This document shows positions 60,280 to 64,000 of a stretch of DNA of 64,000 bases, one piece after another. The DNA is taken from NCBI RefSeq assembly GCF_009914755.1, contig NC_060947.1; one strand, given 5' to 3'. The notes under the pieces were generated by a model. That model was not told the DNA's origin and made no database searches. It worked only from the letters and a program-made list of their open reading frames with translations. Position numbers and translations under genes: made by a program. The DNA is from the human T2T-CHM13v2.0 reference genome, Homo sapiens. Each line of letters opens with the position of its first letter. The stretch's first letter is position 1.

Positions 60280-62630
60280 TTTTTATCATGGTAAAATATA
60301 TATAACATAAAACATATAATTCTAATCATTTATAAGCATACAATTTATCAGCATTAAGTATATTTACCTTGTTGTGTCACCATCCCCACCATCCACCTCC
60401 AAAAATTATCTTCCCCCAAAAAACTTCATATCCATTAAATAACTCCCCATACCTTCTCTCCCCCAGCTTCTAGAGGCCACCATTCTACTTTATCTATGCA
60501 TTTTACTGCTCTAGATAGCTCATACAAATAGAATCATATGTTATCCTTTTGTGTCTGGCTTTTTCCCCTTAGCATATCATCATCAAGATTCATCCATGCT
60601 ATAATGTGTGTCAGAACTTTCTTAAGGCTGAATAATATTCTACTGTATACATTTACCACATTTTGTTTATCCATTCATCTTCAGATGGACATTTGAGTTG
60701 CTCCATCTTTTGCTACTATGAATAATGCTGCTATAAACATGGGTGTACAAATATATTTTGAAGGTCCTTTTTTCAATTCTTTTGAGTATATTCCCAGAAG
60801 TGGAATTGCTGGATCACATGGTAATTCTACGTTCTATATTTTGAGAAACCAACATATTTGTTTCCACAGTGACTGCAAGGTTTTACATTCCCTCCAGCAG
60901 TTCACAAGTGTTCAAATTTTTCCACATCCTCAACCATATTTATTTTCTGGGTTTTTTTTTTTTTTGGTGTTTTAAAATAATCATCATCCTAATGGGTGTG
61001 AAGTGCTATCTCATTTGGGATTTATCTGCATTTCCCTAATGATCAGCGATATCGATTATCTACTCATGGTCTTACTGGCCAAACTTTAGAGAAATTTCTG
61101 ATCAACTCATTTATTCATTTTTTTAATTGCTGTTTTTCTGTTGTTGAATTCTACGATGATATAATTTAACTGTGTCCCCACTCAAATCTCATGTTGAATT
61201 GTAATCCCCAATGTTGGAGTTGGTGTCTGGTGGGAGGTGATTGGATCACTGGGGCAAATTTCTGATGAATGGTTTAGTACTGTCCGCTTGGTACTATTCT
61301 CGTGATACAGAGTTCTTATGAAATCTGGTCGTTTAAAAGTGTATGACATCTCCCTCCACCCCTCTTGCTCCTGTTCTGACCATATGACCTGCCAGGTCAC
61401 CCTTCCCTTTCTGCTTTATGTTTCCTGAGGCCTCCCCAGAAGCCGAGCAGATGCCAGCATCATGCTTCCTGTACAGCCTACAGAAATGTGAGCCAATTAA
61501 ACCTCTTTTCTTTATAATTTACCCAGTTTCAGATATTTCTTTAGAGCAATGCAAGAATGGACTAACATATAGGAGTTCTTGGCACAGTCTGGATATTAAT
61601 TCCCTATTGAATATATGATTCGCAAACATCTTCTCCCATTCCGTAAGTTGCCTTTTCACTCTGATGGTGTTCATTCATGCACAGAAGTTTTTAATGTTGA
61701 TGCATTTCAATTTACCTAATTTTTCTGTTGTAGCCTGAGCTTTTAGTGTCATATCCAAGATATTTAATTGCCCAATCTAATGTTTATGTTTTCTTCCAAA
61801 TGTCTACGCTTTCTTCTAAAAGTTCTGTACTTTTGGCCACGTTTACTTCCTGATCCATTTTGACTTAATTTTTGTGTATTTTATAAGAGTCCAACTTCAT
61901 TTATTTTAAATGTATATATTCAGTTTCTTAGCAACATTTGTGGCTTCATTAAAAAATCATTAAAAAACCTTGGCAACCTTATGGAAAATTGTTTGACAAT
62001 ATATAGTAGAGTTTACTTCAGGGCTATTATATTCTATTGTTCTACATTCCCTTTTTTTAAGCCAATACCACAGTGTTTTGATTATGGTAGCTTTGTAGTA
62101 AGTTTTGAAATCAGGACGTATGACCCTTCAACTTCATTCTTTTTTCAAGATCGTTTCAACTATTCCTGGATCCATGAGATTACATGGGAATTTTTGATAG
62201 AGTTGTCTATTTCTGCAGAAAAACTAATTGGGATTTTCTTAGAGATGGCACTGAATGTGTAGTTTGTTTTGAGTAACTCGGATACCTCAACAACAATATT
62301 GAGTGTTCCATTTCATAAACCTGGGGTTCCTTTTCATTTATTTATAAAAATAAATGTTTAATTTCTTTCAGGATTGTTTTGTAGTTGTCAGTGTATAAGT
62401 CTTCCACCTTCTTGGTTAATTCCTAAGTATTTTACTCTTTTTGTTACTATTTTAAATAAAATTGTTTCCTTAATCTCCTTTTTGGACTGCATCACTGTTA
62501 GTGCATAAAATATAACTTATTTCTGTATATTGATTTTATTTACTGCAATTGTGCTTAATTTATTAGTTCTAGCAGGTTTTTTGTGTGGAAATCTCTAGAA
62601 TTTTCTACATATAAGATCATATCATCTGAG
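60280..62630 (-). mobile_element. Old L1MB-like element (~2 kb), interrupted by an MST LTR
   Basis: Antisense 3'UTR and ORF2 (aataatgctgctataaacatggg...ccagaagtggaattgctggatca). Confidence 0.88.
61157..61569 (+). mobile_element. MSTA solo LTR
   Basis: tgatat...ccagaagccgagcagatgcc...gactaacata; TSD tacga/tagga. Confidence 0.88.
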
Positions 62631-62692
62631 AAGCTTATAAAATTTTTGCATACACTCTTTCAAAGCTGATTTTTCTGATGAAAATTTGAAAT

Positions 62693-62905
62693 GCATTGCA
62701 CAGCATGAATATAGTTAATAGAGTATTGCTCATTTCGAAGCTGCTAAGAGAGTACACTTCAAATGTTCTCTCCACAAAAGTCTTTGAGGTGATAGATATG
62801 TTAACTAGCTTGATTTAATTACTCCACATTGTATTCATAAATTCTACCATCACTTTGTATGCCATATATTTATACAATTATATATTGTCAATTTACAATA
62901 AAAAG
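62693..62905 (+). mobile_element. L1MA 3'-terminal fragment
   Basis: atagttaata...gctaagagagta...gaggtgatagatatgttaactagcttgatt...aataaaaag. Confidence 0.8.
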
Positions 62906-63054
62906 AGGCATATAAAATTTGCATTCTCTTAAAGTCTTTAATGCTTGCCAACACCATTTCTCTGATTCAATTCAAGCTGTCCAATGCCGCATTAATACAT
63001 ACCATTAAACAAAACTACTCCGCATTATAGGCATAGTAATAGGATTACATTTAC

Positions 63055-63080
63055 CTGGCTTCCAACCAAAAGCAACACCG
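63055..63080 (-). other. Candidate 26-nt micro-exon of an unidentified minus-strand gene
   Basis: Minus strand: tactaat (branch-like) ...attttattttaatgttag|CGGTGTTGCTTTTGGTTGGAAGCCAG|gtaaat; splice motifs only. Confidence 0.4.
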
Positions 63081-64000
63081 CTAACATTAAAATAAAATAT
63101 TCTCATCATGAATTAGTAATTTCATATTAACAGAAGCTAAAGGCACCTAGTATTTTTTGAGGCTCATTTGCATATGGGTATATACTCAGATTTCTTTTCC
63201 AAAAAAGTAGCCATTTAAAGGGAACCCTGGTGTAAAATTTAGAAAACAGATGTAGAAAAATCATAAAATATCCAAATAAGTTTTTACAAAATTTTCCTAT
63301 GCTATTTCCTTTATATTTTCTTTAGTCCATCTCCATTTATGAATTATTCAGGAAAAAAAACCCCAAAATGATTTTCCGTGTTATAGAAGATCATACTCCA
63401 AAATTGACCAAAAAGCTTCATTTGTTAAGACTGTAAGTTCTATATGTGCCATTAAACATACTTACTTTTTCTAGACTTATAGTCCCAATTCTGACGTTTA
63501 TATCCAATTTAGAGTGTCAGACTATTTCTTCTCTCCTCTATTTTAGAGGCAGTCTGAAGTCTTTCAACAAGAAAATTTTGTAATGAGGTGGGTTTTTTTC
63601 CACTTAGTGTTTGATCAGGAACAAAGCATCTAATTACTTGGAGCCCATTTTCTCATCTGGAATATTAAGCTAATGCTATTTTGTCAATAGGATTTTTGTA
63701 AGGATTATAACTAGTCTATAAAACATTATGCAAGTATTTGATTCTACTGTCACAAGAACCGATGCTTTCAAAAATACATTAATTCAGACCTCAACACCAA
63801 TTAGATATATAAGCATTTATGTGTTATACCTGATGCTCATCTATATATATACACACCCTACTATGTGTCTGTAAATCTCTGTTTGGGAGAAAGGTGCAAT
63901 ACACCATGCTAAAGAATCAATTATTTTCATAAAGGCTTAACTATTGATAAGAGATATAGATATAACATTGAGTGTTTCACAGGAGTTACACACACACATA

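Overview
Primate (human or ape) genomic DNA. It is AT-rich, has no CpG island, and is dominated by interspersed repeats, as expected for a large intron or intergenic region. I recognise no host protein-coding gene; nearly all supplied ORFs are repeat-derived or chance ORFs. The centrepiece is a full-length L1PA2/L1PA3-type LINE-1 (26898-32932, +) with an open ORF1, an open antisense ORF0 and a disrupted ORF2. Its 15-bp target-site duplication (TSD) lies not after the L1 poly(A) but about 1 kb further on, after a second AATAAA and poly(A), which indicates a ~976-bp 3' transduction of DNA from another locus. Other notable structures: a twin-primed (5'-inverted) L1 inside an Alu linker; two Alus inserted at one nick, giving a triplicated target site; a THE1 element with intact ends but no TSD and unrelated flanks (probable recombinant marking a deletion); two MER5A copies each hit at the same TTTT/AA site; and two candidate minus-strand micro-exons. 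I found no evidence for a wholly new biological system. Repeat subfamily names come from remembered consensus sequences, and boundaries of old repeats are approximate; both need RepeatMasker/Dfam confirmation.
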